DNA of 64,000 nucleotides from Prevotella sp. (GTDB taxonomy: Bacteria > Bacteroidota > Bacteroidia > Bacteroidales > Bacteroidaceae), in contig JAFLSF010000001.1 in NCBI GenBank assembly GCA_022511045.1, positions 16,913-80,912 of the forward strand. Direction: 5' to 3'. Position 1 is the stretch's first letter. Each line of letters opens with the position of its first letter. Under the pieces are notes generated by a model. It saw only the letters and a program-made list of their open reading frames with translations, was not told the origin of the DNA and searched no databases. Both the position numbers and the translations under genes were made by a program. This document shows, piece after piece, positions 18,528 through 29,277 of the stretch.

Positions 18528-19615
18528 AGAACGTCCTCTCTATGCTGGCCGTAGTCGTGACGGCCCTCTTGCTGGCCGCCTGCGACGTGCACCAGTGGCC
18601 GGAGCCTCGGAGCATCATGCCCGTGAACCTGCATCTGCGTTACGAGACCGACTTCTACGTCTGGGAACACGCCTACGACAAAGAGACGGGCGTCGTCAGC
18701 CAACTACTGACAGACGGCGAGGGAGTGGACGAGGCACACCCCGCTACGACCTACCGTTACGACGGCAAGTGCAGCAAGGGCACCATGCGATACATCGTCA
18801 GAGCCTACCGCTCGGGCAACAGAAACGCCCATGCCCGAGAGTTCGTCTTTACACGCGACATTGCCGAAGGCTATGACTGCGATGTCACCATCGAGCTGGA
18901 GCCGGGGGACTACGAGATTCTCGTCTGGTCAGACCTCACCGAGCACCCTGGCGACGAGCCCTATTACGATGCCGCAGACTTTAGGAGCATTGACTTGAAA
19001 TACTGGAGCAACTACCGCGCCAGCACCGACCATCGCGATAGCTATCGCGGAATCTCACAGACCGTTTCACTTAGGGAAACCACCCAAGTGACAGAGCCGG
19101 ACGAAGCCAGCATCACCATGCGCAGGCCGCAGGCCAAGTTCGAGTTCATTGCCAACGACTTGCCCATGTTCACAACGCGGGAACTGGCACGCCGGGCAGC
19201 AAAGGCAGCAGGAAAGGCCGTCACGGAGATAGACCTGCAGAACTACACCGTCCGTTTCTTTTACATCAACTACGTGCCCGTGTCCTACAGCGCAGTCAGC
19301 GACCGACTGGTGGACTCCACCACTGGACTCTCCTTCAAGGCGCAGCTCGCACAGCTGCCAACCGGCGAGGTGTCGCTGGGCTTCGACTACGTGCTGCTCA
19401 ACAGCAACGGAACGTCCGTGCGCGTCCAAATAGGAATTTATGACGAGGATGGCGAGCAGGTGGCAATGACGCCCGTCGTAGACGTGCCTCTCAGAAGAGA
19501 CCACCATACCGTGATGCACGGCGCGTTCATGACTGGCGACGAGCCGCCGGAAGGAAGCGGAGGCGGCGTAGGATTGGACCCCGGGTTCAATGGCGACTTT
19601 AACATGTGGGTATAA
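18524..19615 (+). CDS. Type V pilin-like lipoprotein (DUF6562/Mfa2-like)
   Basis: Lipobox LLAAC-DVHQWP, MRRPQAKFEFI, VPLRRDHHT and C-terminal GGVGLDPGFNGDFN; ATGA overlap with the upstream gene. Confidence 0.6.
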   Translation: MKNVLSMLAVVVTALLLAACDVHQWPEPRSIMPVNLHLRYETDFYVWEHAYDKETGVVSQLLTDGEGVDEAHPATTYRYDGKCSKGTMRYIVRAYRSGNRNAHAREFVFTRDIAEGYDCDVTIELEPGDYEILVWSDLTEHPGDEPYYDAADFRSIDLKYWSNYRASTDHRDSYRGISQTVSLRETTQVTEPDEASITMRRPQAKFEFIANDLPMFTTRELARRAAKAAGKAVTEIDLQNYTVRFFYINYVPVSYSAVSDRLVDSTTGLSFKAQLAQLPTGEVSLGFDYVLLNSNGTSVRVQIGIYDEDGEQVAMTPVVDVPLRRDHHTVMHGAFMTGDEPPEGSGGGVGLDPGFNGDFNMWV

Positions 19616-19654
19616 GCAAATCAGAACAATAATAAAACAAATTTAAATAACATC

Positions 19655-20833
19655 ATGATGAAAACAAAACTTTTAGGAATGATTGCTGCGGCAGGGATGC
19701 TGCTGGCAACATCGTGTTCGCAAGAACAGACAGAGACCTATCTGTCGCAAAACGATTTGGTGGACTTCTCCATCTCCGTCGGCGTTGAGGGAGGTGTTAG
19801 TTCACGCACGTCTGCACGCAGGGCAGACGGCGAAGGAACCACATTTAGTGACGGTACGAGAGCCACAGAACTGTATTTTGCTATCTATGATAGTAACAAC
19901 AAGCTGTACAAGGCTACGTTCACATTTGATAACGGAATTACAGCAGAAAGCGTTTCTTCAAGTGCGACCGATGACCCTCTTTATTACAAAGCATCGGTAA
20001 CGTTCCCGTTCACTTTCTCCTGCCAGTTGGTGAAAGGTATGGACTACAAAATCGTATTCTGGGCGCAGTCGAAGGACGCAGAGAAATACTATGACTTGTC
20101 AGCGTTCCCCGTAGTAGAGGTGAAATATAAGGATGAAAGTGGCAATTTCCACGCCAACAATGATGAGATGCGCGACGCTTTCTGCGTTTCCTATCCCATC
20201 AAGGCAAGTTCCGTTGGCAATGCCCACACGATTGTGCTGACGCGACCCCTCTCGCAAATCAACGTGGGAGTGACAGATAAGGCATGGGATATTTTACTTA
20301 CTACAGGCACGGGCGACCCAATAGACAAGGAGACTCAGGTAGAAAAGCTCGTATCTTCTATGATAATAGAAAATGCCGCCACAAAGTTTGACGTTCGGGC
20401 AAATGACATCGTGAAAAACAATGTGACGAAAGTAGAGTATCAGCCTGCCAAGATTCCATCTTTGATAGAGGAATTAGACGAAAAAACGGTAACAGACAAT
20501 TATCTGAATGTAAATCTTAATCTTGCAAATGGTCCAGAAAAGAAAAAATTCTACTGGGTTTCCATGTGCTATATTCTGGCCAATGACGAAACCAAAACAG
20601 AGGACGGTACCACCTATGGAACGGTAATTGACGAGCTTAATATCAACATTTGTGACAAATTTAAGCATGACTTACAGAATGTACCAGTAAGACGGAACTA
20701 TCGTACAAACATCTTGTTTGATGAAGACTGGTGGGTCACTCAGCAGTACGAAATCAATCTGGACCGTGCTTATGACGATGACTATAACGGTACAGAAGGC
20801 AATGATGGGGAATATAATGGAATCAACAATTAA
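19655..20833 (+). CDS. Type V pilin-like lipoprotein (DUF6562-like)
   Basis: Lipobox LATSC, Arg-rich processing-like site SRTSARRA, motifs NNDEMRDAF, LTRPLSQINVG and NVPVRRNYRTNI. Confidence 0.6.
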   Translation: MMKTKLLGMIAAAGMLLATSCSQEQTETYLSQNDLVDFSISVGVEGGVSSRTSARRADGEGTTFSDGTRATELYFAIYDSNNKLYKATFTFDNGITAESVSSSATDDPLYYKASVTFPFTFSCQLVKGMDYKIVFWAQSKDAEKYYDLSAFPVVEVKYKDESGNFHANNDEMRDAFCVSYPIKASSVGNAHTIVLTRPLSQINVGVTDKAWDILLTTGTGDPIDKETQVEKLVSSMIIENAATKFDVRANDIVKNNVTKVEYQPAKIPSLIEELDEKTVTDNYLNVNLNLANGPEKKKFYWVSMCYILANDETKTEDGTTYGTVIDELNINICDKFKHDLQNVPVRRNYRTNILFDEDWWVTQQYEINLDRAYDDDYNGTEGNDGEYNGINN

Positions 20834-20851
20834 GAGCATAAGGACAAGGTT

Positions 20852-23800
20852 ATGAAGACGAAAAAGTATATTTTAGGAATGTTGGCGGCAGCAGGACTAA
20901 TGCTCACAACATCGTGCTCGGACGATATGTCTATGGCAAGCGCGTCGGGCGATACACAGAAGGTCACTTTCTCGCTGGGACTGGAGGGACAGATGCAAAC
21001 TTCTTCGAGCCGCAGAGCGCCAGATATTATTGGCGGTGACGACTATAATGCGCAGAATACTCGCATTAGCGACGGTACAAGGGCAACGCACCTGATAATG
21101 GAAGTGTACACCGCAGAGGGTGAGCCTTATTCGTTCTACGAAGCTACTGAGAGAGCCAATGGTCGGCCTAACAGATTAGTAAGAGAGGCTGCCCAATTCC
21201 CCATAACAGATATTTCTGTTACATTGGAGAAAGACAAAGATTACAGAGTCGTGTTCTGGGCCGATACTCCAGATAATCCGTACTACGATACTGACAACCT
21301 GCGTAACATCGGCATCAGGTATGATGTAGTAGAGAGTGATATGAAAACAGGCCAGTTGAACAACGACGAGTTGCGCGATGCGTTCTGTTTCTCGGACAAT
21401 CTGTTAAGTACTGACCTGTCGAGCAGTCAGACAAGAGATATTACCTTGCGTCGTCCGTTGGCCCAAATCAACGTGGGAACGACACAGAAAGACTGGGACG
21501 CAGTTATGGAAAACTATCCAATCAAGGAATCAAAGATAACAATCAATTACGTGGGTAATAGGTTTGATTTGGTGGCAGACAAAGCCGTCGTCAACGGTAT
21601 GGACGGCAGAACGACGGCGGACTATCAGTATGCCACGATTCCAAGTCTATTAACAGAAATATCTGGAAGAGAAATAAAAGAAGAAAATAGAGCCCTTCAA
21701 GTAAAGGTAAAAGCCAACGAAGACGGAACCTTTAGCAACTCTGACGAGCCAGAGAGTTACAAATGGCTTTCTATGTGCTATATACTTGTGCCCGAAGACG
21801 GTGGTGATGGTGTAGTGGACATCACGGAAATTAAATTTAAGACCAAAGATGACAGCGAGCTGATGCCTTTCGAAAAGGGACTGACAAACGTTCCCGTGAA
21901 GCGCAACTATCGTACCAACATCATTGGTAGCGTCTTCACTAAGACAGAGACCTTTACGGTAGAACTTGACCAAAACTTTGCAGGCGACTTCAATAACCTA
22001 AATCTGCAAGGATGGGACGGCGAAATTGCTGATGGCTTAGCTTACCAAGCCAAGGAGGGTTACTCGAAATATGGTACTTCATTTAGAAGTGGTCTCAATT
22101 TCTATGTATCAAGTGCGAAAGGTCTCCAGTGGCTTGCTGACCGTTCGAATAGAGAGCCATTAGCAGCAAAGGACATCCCTGGATGGTTTAGTGGTGACTT
22201 AGATGCCTACAAGAAATTTGTCTATGCTATTATTGATAAGAGAACATTCATAGATAACGGAGTAACCGAAGCAAGATTTAATAATAATGACCCCTGGACC
22301 TATGACGAATGTACCATCTATCTAACCAAAGACATCAATTGGAAAGCAGAGATGGGCGATGAAGCATTTAGACCATTCTCTATGAGGCATGGAATAACTG
22401 GTGGCTCGAGTGTTGAGCATAAAGGAACTTTTAAGGGAGAATTTGACGGACAGGGACATACCATCAGCAACCTGAAAATTGATACCCGTAGTAACGACGA
22501 TCCACCTTCTAATGGTGCGTTTATTGCTGCGGCAACAGATGATGCAACTATTAAAAACTTACGCTTATATGCTGCAGACATCAAAGCCAGTTGGAATGTG
22601 GGTGGTTTTGTTGGCCGGTATGCTTATTCTAATGGTACTCACACCATAAAAATGGAGAACTGCATATTGGAGAATAGCGAAATCTATGCGGAGATTGGAC
22701 ATAGCCCCTCCAACGATGCCAACATAGGTGGACTTATAGGTGCAACAGGACCTTCAACCATCAAAAATTGCCATATAATAAATACGAAGCTGGAGAGTAC
22801 TTATATTGCTGGAGGTTTGTTTGGTATCTGTTTTGGAAATAGTACTGTTGAGGACTGCTCCATCAGCGATGTGGCGATTGTCATCAATGAAATGAACGCA
22901 GATATATACAACACAGGTGCATACGTTAGAAATGCGCTATATAATGAATATTGGATATGTGGTACTCGCCTCAGTGGTTGTGGCATTACCCAACAGAGGA
23001 TTATACACGACAATGTGTACCGTAATGTGTTCTTGGGTACAAGAGATCGTTCTGGGGATGAGGATAGTGCTATAGGCGAGATTTATAAATTGCCACTCCA
23101 ATGGTTCCCACAACTATACGGAGGATGGGCAGACGGCGTTACACTGAAGTCGCACATTACGGGTACTCCTTCGTACTATCCCGAAGGTAAGAACTGGTGT
23201 GCTGGAATTTATATTAGCACTGAAGATATTAAAGATAATGAGGATGCTGAAAAATACAATCCTGATTATATCCTTAGCGGTGAAACACGGGAGGGGAAAG
23301 CGCTTTATGCAATCAATGTGCAGAAGCCTGCTACGCCCGCAGAGTGCTATGGCGTATATCTGACTGGTAAAAATACCGCAACGATACAGGATTTGGTCAT
23401 CAATGGCGACCCATCCATCACGGCGGGCATCTACCTTGACAAGGCCTCTGACGTTGTACTCAGCAATGTGGCGGTATATGATGTGGTGAACACCATCTTG
23501 GACGCTAATAATGTGCCTCAGAACGCAAAACTGAGCGTGACAAAGTGTGACTTGCGCGGTACCACGCAATACAGTGCTAACTACGCTTCAGTAACCTTTA
23601 CGGGTACGACATTCAGAAAAGGTTCGGGAACGACGACGAACAAGAATAACAAGAGCGTTATCCCTGGCTCCGCTACTACGTTCAGTGGCTGCGTATTCGA
23701 GCAAGGCTTTACGGTCGATTTGAAGAACCTCGCAAATGGTCAGGTAACCTTTGAGAATTGCCAGATAGAGGGTTCCGACGGAAAGAAGTTTGCTTTGACA

Positions 23801-23854
23801 TCAGCAAACGTCAGCAGCTTAGTAACTGGAGGCGAAAATTACACAGTTCGATAA
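20852..23854 (+). CDS. Pilin-domain lipoprotein with a large C-terminal adhesin-like (beta-helix/GLUG-like) region
   Basis: The N-terminal ~380 aa are paralogous to the preceding gene (NNDELRDAF, LRRPLAQINVG, NVPVKRNYRTNI). They are followed by FKGEFDGQGHTISNL and VGGFVG/IGGLIG/AGGLFG repeats. Confidence 0.6.
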   Translation: MKTKKYILGMLAAAGLMLTTSCSDDMSMASASGDTQKVTFSLGLEGQMQTSSSRRAPDIIGGDDYNAQNTRISDGTRATHLIMEVYTAEGEPYSFYEATERANGRPNRLVREAAQFPITDISVTLEKDKDYRVVFWADTPDNPYYDTDNLRNIGIRYDVVESDMKTGQLNNDELRDAFCFSDNLLSTDLSSSQTRDITLRRPLAQINVGTTQKDWDAVMENYPIKESKITINYVGNRFDLVADKAVVNGMDGRTTADYQYATIPSLLTEISGREIKEENRALQVKVKANEDGTFSNSDEPESYKWLSMCYILVPEDGGDGVVDITEIKFKTKDDSELMPFEKGLTNVPVKRNYRTNIIGSVFTKTETFTVELDQNFAGDFNNLNLQGWDGEIADGLAYQAKEGYSKYGTSFRSGLNFYVSSAKGLQWLADRSNREPLAAKDIPGWFSGDLDAYKKFVYAIIDKRTFIDNGVTEARFNNNDPWTYDECTIYLTKDINWKAEMGDEAFRPFSMRHGITGGSSVEHKGTFKGEFDGQGHTISNLKIDTRSNDDPPSNGAFIAAATDDATIKNLRLYAADIKASWNVGGFVGRYAYSNGTHTIKMENCILENSEIYAEIGHSPSNDANIGGLIGATGPSTIKNCHIINTKLESTYIAGGLFGICFGNSTVEDCSISDVAIVINEMNADIYNTGAYVRNALYNEYWICGTRLSGCGITQQRIIHDNVYRNVFLGTRDRSGDEDSAIGEIYKLPLQWFPQLYGGWADGVTLKSHITGTPSYYPEGKNWCAGIYISTEDIKDNEDAEKYNPDYILSGETREGKALYAINVQKPATPAECYGVYLTGKNTATIQDLVINGDPSITAGIYLDKASDVVLSNVAVYDVVNTILDANNVPQNAKLSVTKCDLRGTTQYSANYASVTFTGTTFRKGSGTTTNKNNKSVIPGSATTFSGCVFEQGFTVDLKNLANGQVTFENCQIEGSDGKKFALTSANVSSLVTGGENYTVR

Positions 23855-23879
23855 GCCGTCCTACATCTTACAGCATATT

Positions 23880-23907
23880 AAACGGTGGGCTACAATGCCC
23901 GCCGTTT
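23880..23907. terminator. Bidirectional terminator between convergent genes
   Basis: AAACGGTGGGC-TACAAT-GCCCGCCGTTT hairpin. Confidence 0.65.
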
Positions 23908-25318
23908 ATGTTGTCTGCATTCGTGGCCAATTGACCAAATAAAGCTGCTCGGTGGCACGGGTAAAGGCGGTGTAAAGCCAATGTAGATAGTCGGAGGTGA
24001 GCATCTCGTCTGTCATATAGCCTTGGTCGACGTAGACATGGGCCCATTGGCCGCCTTGCGTCTTATGACAGGTAGCGGCATAGGCAAACTTTACTTGGAG
24101 GGCATTGTAGTACCTGTCTTGCTTTACTTTTTTCAGGCGGTCGGCTTTGCGGGGTATGTCTTGATAGTCCTCCATCACCTTATTATATAGTAACGCCTGC
24201 TGCTCGTGGGTCAGTGCTGGTGCCTCACTGGTCAGCGTGTCCAATAGCAGGGTAGCCGTTAGTTCGTAGTCGTCGTAATCGGGAAAGACCAGCGTTGCCT
24301 CGGCAAAGCGGAAGCCGTGCTGCTCGTGAACATTGCGCACCTTGCGGACGACGCAGCGGTCGCCGTTGGCGAGGAACTCGAGGGTATGAGGGCCAACCCA
24401 ATAGTAGTTGTTCTTTACCACCATAAGCTGGTCGCCCGTACTTAATTCTTCCTCACGGCCTAATACTTGGTTGCGGATGCCTTGATTATAGATGTTGGCC
24501 CGCTTGTTGGAGCGCGTAACTACCATTGTCTCGTCCAGTCCTACACGAGAATAGCTGCTGGCCAGCGTCTCTATCAGCTCGTCGCCTTGTACTACCTTAA
24601 TGTCGGTAAAGCCTTGAAAGCGTATTTGGGGCAGGTCTATCATTGCTTTGGGCTCTCTTGTCCCCCCGTTTCTTATCTGCGTGGCATTCCATAGAATACC
24701 CGACTCCTGCCCTTGTCTCAGCACTTCGTTGAGGTCACATTCGTGCACGTGCATCCCATAGCCTTGCAACACCTCCGCCATAAGGGCGGGGCTTTCCTCC
24801 TCGCCAACGGGAGGTAGCTGGGCACGGTCGCCAATGAGCATCATGCGACAATTCTTTCCATTATATACAAATCGGATAAGGTCGTCGAGCAAACCTCCCC
24901 CATCTGTCCCGAAGATAAGGTTGGGCGACTGGCTTATCATAGAAGCCTCGTCAACGACAAACAAGGTGTCGGACGCTTTGTTGTAGCCTAAGCTGAAACT
25001 GCCCTCAAGGGACTTCCGACGGTAGATGTGCCGATGGATGGTGTAAGCGGGATGTCCTGCATAAAGCGAAAATACTTTGGCGGCACGACCTGTCGGAGCT
25101 AACAGCACTATCTTTTGTTTCAGCATTAACAGGGCACGGACGATGGCGGCGGCCAGCGTGGTCTTGCCTGTACCCGCCGAGCCACGCAGCACCATGACGG
25201 CATGCTCCAAGCGGTCTGTCATGAAGCGACAAAACGTTTCGGCTGCTTGTTCTTGCTCGGTGGTAGGCTGGTGGGCAAAGGCCTCGAGGATGCGATATTT
25301 CAACTCGTCGCTAATCAT
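23906..25318 (-). CDS. RecD-like SF1 ATP-dependent helicase
   Basis: GSAGTGKT, LAPTGRAA, VVDEASM, GDRAQLPPV, AYAATCHKTQG and YTAFTRA motifs. Confidence 0.88.
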   Translation of the reverse strand: MISDELKYRILEAFAHQPTTEQEQAAETFCRFMTDRLEHAVMVLRGSAGTGKTTLAAAIVRALLMLKQKIVLLAPTGRAAKVFSLYAGHPAYTIHRHIYRRKSLEGSFSLGYNKASDTLFVVDEASMISQSPNLIFGTDGGGLLDDLIRFVYNGKNCRMMLIGDRAQLPPVGEEESPALMAEVLQGYGMHVHECDLNEVLRQGQESGILWNATQIRNGGTREPKAMIDLPQIRFQGFTDIKVVQGDELIETLASSYSRVGLDETMVVTRSNKRANIYNQGIRNQVLGREEELSTGDQLMVVKNNYYWVGPHTLEFLANGDRCVVRKVRNVHEQHGFRFAEATLVFPDYDDYELTATLLLDTLTSEAPALTHEQQALLYNKVMEDYQDIPRKADRLKKVKQDRYYNALQVKFAYAATCHKTQGGQWAHVYVDQGYMTDEMLTSDYLHWLYTAFTRATEQLYLVNWPRMQTT

Positions 25319-25326
25319 TTCACGTG

Positions 25327-25385
25327 CAAAGGTACATAATTTTTGTTCTTTTATTCTTTTATTCTTTTATTTTTTAGTACCTTTG
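25327..25385. promoter_or_regulatory. Divergent -7 promoter boxes
   Basis: TACCTTTG on the minus strand (25327-25334) and the plus strand (25378-25385) between divergent genes. Confidence 0.6.
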
Positions 25386-25427
25386 CAACCGATTTATGTC
25401 CGAAAGATAATAAAAACAATAATAACA

Positions 25428-26078
25428 ATGGCAAAGAACAATCAGAAGACTGCACCCGTTGAGGAGCAGCAGATTACAAAGACCGAGGCTTTCTTCGAGA
25501 AATATAAGAAAGCACTTATCGTAGGTGTGGCGTGTATTATCGTCATCATTGCAGCAATCATCGTGTGTGACACTTATTACGTGACTCCACGTGCTGAGAA
25601 AGCCAGCACAGAACTGGCCAAGAGTCAGCAGTTGTTTGACCAGCAGCAGTATGACAAGGCATTAGCGGGATTCCAGAAAGTAGCCGACGAATATGCTTCG
25701 ACGGATGCAGGGAACTTGGCACAACTGTATATCGGTATTTGTCAAGCCAATCTGGGCAAGTGGCAAGAGGCTGTCAACGCTTTGGAGTCGTTTAGCGGCA
25801 AGGGAGACCAGATGATTAGCCCTGCAGCTGAGGGTGCATTGGGTAATGCCTACGCCAATCTGAACCAGTTAGACAAGGCTGTAGACCACCTGAAGAAGGC
25901 TGCTAAGATGGCTGACAACAACACACTGTCGCCTGTATACCTCATCCAGGCTGGTGAAATCTTGGAAAGTCAAGGCAAAAAGGCTGAGGCACTGGAACTG
26001 TACAAGCAGATAAAGGAGAAGTATCAGAACTCCATGCAGTACCAGAGCATCGACAAATACATTGAGCGCGCCAAGTAA
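25428..26078 (+). CDS. Membrane-anchored TPR protein (YfgM-like)
   Basis: One N-terminal TM segment followed by TPR helices; directly upstream of ribH. Confidence 0.75.
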   Translation: MAKNNQKTAPVEEQQITKTEAFFEKYKKALIVGVACIIVIIAAIIVCDTYYVTPRAEKASTELAKSQQLFDQQQYDKALAGFQKVADEYASTDAGNLAQLYIGICQANLGKWQEAVNALESFSGKGDQMISPAAEGALGNAYANLNQLDKAVDHLKKAAKMADNNTLSPVYLIQAGEILESQGKKAEALELYKQIKEKYQNSMQYQSIDKYIERAK

Positions 26079-26086
26079 GCATCGTT

Positions 26087-26557
26087 ATGGCAACGAAGAA
26101 CCTGTCAGACTACAATACGGCAACGGTGCCCGATGCGTCGAACATGATATTCGGCATCGTGGTGGCTGAGTGGAACCCGCAAGTGACGGGAGCCCTGCTT
26201 GAAGGTTGCGTCTCTACGCTGGAGAAGCACGGAGCACTGCCGGAGAATATACACGTCAAGCGAGTGCCTGGCTCTTTCGAGTTAATATATGGTGCCCGCC
26301 AGATGACGCTGAATGGTGGCTATGATGCTGTTATCATTCTTGGCTCAGTCATTCGCGGCGAGACGCCCCATTTCGACTACATCTGTCAAGGAGTTACCCA
26401 AGGCATTGCCCGTATGAACGCCACCAACAACATTCCTGTTATCTATGGGCTACTGACTACGGAGAATATGCAGCAAGCACTCGACCGCGCTGGTGGCCGA
26501 TTGGGCAACAAGGGCGATGAGTGTGCTGTGGTAGCCATCAAGATGGCCAAGTTCTAA
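26087..26557 (+). CDS. ribH: 6,7-dimethyl-8-ribityllumazine synthase
   Basis: [26 protein letters not shown] and GNKG motifs. Confidence 0.95.
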   Translation: MATKNLSDYNTATVPDASNMIFGIVVAEWNPQVTGALLEGCVSTLEKHGALPENIHVKRVPGSFELIYGARQMTLNGGYDAVIILGSVIRGETPHFDYICQGVTQGIARMNATNNIPVIYGLLTTENMQQALDRAGGRLGNKGDECAVVAIKMAKF

Positions 26558-27849
26558 AGTTCTGCGGCTGTTCGCAATATCTCACCCAATGTGGGGTGGA
26601 TATGCACTATATCACGTAACTGACTAATAGTAGTGTCTCGGCATATCAGTGCCGAGACTTCTTGTATAATATCGGCAGCATGCGCTCCATAGGCGTGGCA
26701 GCCTATGATAACTTCATCCAATCCATCGGGAAGGGGAGCACTGAAGAGTTTCAGCATACCCTCCGATTCGCTCATGGCCAACGCCTTACCGTTGGCACGC
26801 CAAAATGCCTTTCTGCAACGGTATGTGCAACCTTCAGCCTTCAGCACATCCTCGCTGGAACCGACGCAAGCAGCCTCTGGCTCGGTGAAGATAGCAGCAG
26901 GCATGATGTCAAAGCGGATGCCATCCGTGCGTCCTAAAACATGGTTGACGGCACGAAGGGCTTGCATCTCTGCGGCATGGGCCAGCATCTGACGACCGTT
27001 GACGTCGCCGATAGCGTAAATATGGGCAGGGAGCGGTGAGGGAGTTACGCAGAAATTGTCATCGACAGATAGACCACTGGCTGTTACAGCAGAGGCGATG
27101 CCGGCAGCCTCGAGGTTGAGCCCGTCGGTATTGGCTTTTCGGCCTGTTGCTATAAGTATAACATCGGCATCAATATCGGCCAGCGACTGTACTGCTGTCT
27201 TCATCTTGAAAGTAATGCCTCGCTTCTCGAGCAGTTTTCGCAGGCGCTTGGCTATGTCACTATCTAACATAGGCAGGCACTCTTTCAAATACTCGATGAC
27301 AGTAACTTCAGAGCCGAAACGCTGAAATACGGAGGCAAACTCCATGCCGATGACTCCCGCACCGATAATGGCTAAACGCTTGGGAAGCGTAGGGCGTTGC
27401 AGCAACTCGGTGGAAGTAACCACACGTGGGTCGCCTATATCGGGGATGGGGGGCATCTTGGCACTGCTACCCGTAGCGATGATGATGTTCTTTGCGGTGA
27501 CTTGGGAGTCTGTGATGCTGTCATTGCTACATGTACTACTATCTATTTGAACCGTATGGGTATCAAGGAAGCAAGCGTGTCCACGCAGCAAAGTGATGTT
27601 GGGAGCAGAAAGAATTCCCTCGACACCTGTACGCAACTGGGCTACTACTTGCTGCTGGCGCTCGAAAGCGTCAGTGAACGTAGCAGCATGAACGTAGGTC
27701 TTGGTAGGGATGCAACCACGATTTAAACAAGTGCCTCCCACTTCGTCCTGCTCAACTATTACAACCTGTAAACCATGTTTGGCAGCATACTCGGCGGCAC
27801 GATAGCCTCCAGGTCCTGCACCGATAATTAGCAAATCACAATTCATCAT
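26554..27849 (-). CDS. lpdA: Dihydrolipoyl dehydrogenase (glycine cleavage L protein)
   Basis: [20 protein letters not shown] and HPTLGE motifs; last gene of the gcv operon. Confidence 0.9.
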   Translation of the reverse strand: MMNCDLLIIGAGPGGYRAAEYAAKHGLQVVIVEQDEVGGTCLNRGCIPTKTYVHAATFTDAFERQQQVVAQLRTGVEGILSAPNITLLRGHACFLDTHTVQIDSSTCSNDSITDSQVTAKNIIIATGSSAKMPPIPDIGDPRVVTSTELLQRPTLPKRLAIIGAGVIGMEFASVFQRFGSEVTVIEYLKECLPMLDSDIAKRLRKLLEKRGITFKMKTAVQSLADIDADVILIATGRKANTDGLNLEAAGIASAVTASGLSVDDNFCVTPSPLPAHIYAIGDVNGRQMLAHAAEMQALRAVNHVLGRTDGIRFDIMPAAIFTEPEAACVGSSEDVLKAEGCTYRCRKAFWRANGKALAMSESEGMLKLFSAPLPDGLDEVIIGCHAYGAHAADIIQEVSALICRDTTISQLRDIVHIHPTLGEILRTAAEL

Positions 27850-27867
27850 TCAATCGGGTAAAGTACA

Positions 27868-29277
27868 TTAACCGTTATCTGCAAGCATCTGACGATAGGT
27901 CACAATGGGATGTTTGGCAGCCAGCACATCGTCAACACGTCCGATTGGGGTGTTGTGAGGGGCTGACTTCAGCAACTCGGGATTTGTCCGAGCTTCTTCG
28001 GCTATTTGGCGCATTACTTGAATGAAGCCGTCAATAGTGTCCTTCGATTCGTTCTCCGTAGGCTCTATCATCAAACTTTCATGGAACAAGAGTGGGAAAT
28101 AAATAGTAGGTGCGTGATAGCCATAGTCCAACAGACGTTTGGCTACATCCATCGTGGTTACTCCCGTAGACTTGTCTTTCAGACCATCGAACACAAACTC
28201 ATGTTTGCAGAGTCCTTCAATAGGTAGTTCGTAAACATCTTTCAGACTCTCCTTGATATAGTTGGCATTGAGTGTAGCCAATGGTCCCACCTCTTTTATG
28301 TAATCGCGACCTAACGACATGATATAGGCGCAGGCCTTGATGAGAACTCCGAAATTTCCCTCGTAAGGACTGACGAAAGGGAAGAACTGCTGTAAACCCT
28401 CGCGGACTCCTACAGGGCCACTGCCTGGACCACCTCCGCCGTGAGGTGTAGAAAATGTTTTGTGCAGATTGATGTGCATAACGTCGAATCCCATATCGCC
28501 TGGACGGCAGACGCCCAACATGGGATTAAGGTTAGCTCCGTCGTAGTACATCAGTCCGCCGCAGTCATGAATGAGTCGGGTTATCTCGGGAATAGCAGTC
28601 TCGAAAAGTCCTAAAGTATTGGGATTGGTCATCATCATGGCTGCTATGTTAGAACCTTCTTGACTAATGATGCGCTCTAAATCCTCTACCGAAACTAAAC
28701 CTTCCGCAGTAGACTTTACCTCTAATATTTCTAAACCACAAACCGTTGCCGAGGCAGGATTAGTTCCATGTGCCGAGTCGGGAACAATAACCTTCTTACG
28801 CTGCATATCGCCACGAGAACGGTGATAGTTGTCGATTATCATCAAGCCCGTCAACTCACCGTGAGCGCCTGCATAGGGCTTGAAGGTGAAATGGGCTAAA
28901 CCTGTCAATGTGCAAAGTTGCTGCTCCAACAAGGAGACAAGAGCTCTTGCTCCTTTTGTGGTATCGGCAGGTTGCAATGGATGTAAGTCTTGAAACTGTG
29001 GTAAGGCGGCTATCTCCTCGTTAATTTTGGGATTATACTTCATAGTACACGAGCCCAAAGGATAGAAACCGTTGTCTACGCCAAAGTTATTAGCAGAAAG
29101 ATTAGTATAATGACGTACTACTGTCATCTCGTCACATTCTGGTAGTTCGGCATCTTTATGGCGACGCAAGGCCGCTGGCACCTCGTAAGCGCCAAAGCGG
29201 TTCTTGGGCAGACTATAGCCCTTACGTCCTGTCTTCGACAATTCAAAAATCAGATTCCCGTATAATTGATTATTCAT
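27868..29277 (-). CDS. gcvPB: Glycine dehydrogenase subunit 2
   Basis: FYPLGSCTMKYNP, HINLHKTFSTPHGGGGPG (PLP lysine) and LMIEPTE. Confidence 0.93.
   Translation of the reverse strand: MNNQLYGNLIFELSKTGRKGYSLPKNRFGAYEVPAALRRHKDAELPECDEMTVVRHYTNLSANNFGVDNGFYPLGSCTMKYNPKINEEIAALPQFQDLHPLQPADTTKGARALVSLLEQQLCTLTGLAHFTFKPYAGAHGELTGLMIIDNYHRSRGDMQRKKVIVPDSAHGTNPASATVCGLEILEVKSTAEGLVSVEDLERIISQEGSNIAAMMMTNPNTLGLFETAIPEITRLIHDCGGLMYYDGANLNPMLGVCRPGDMGFDVMHINLHKTFSTPHGGGGPGSGPVGVREGLQQFFPFVSPYEGNFGVLIKACAYIMSLGRDYIKEVGPLATLNANYIKESLKDVYELPIEGLCKHEFVFDGLKDKSTGVTTMDVAKRLLDYGYHAPTIYFPLLFHESLMIEPTENESKDTIDGFIQVMRQIAEEARTNPELLKSAPHNTPIGRVDDVLAAKHPIVTYRQMLADNG

Noticed and set aside
16526..23905. Integrative element or prophage inserted at tRNA-fMet
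   Set aside because: No integrase, and no duplicated tRNA 3' end found at the far side near 23855-23905.
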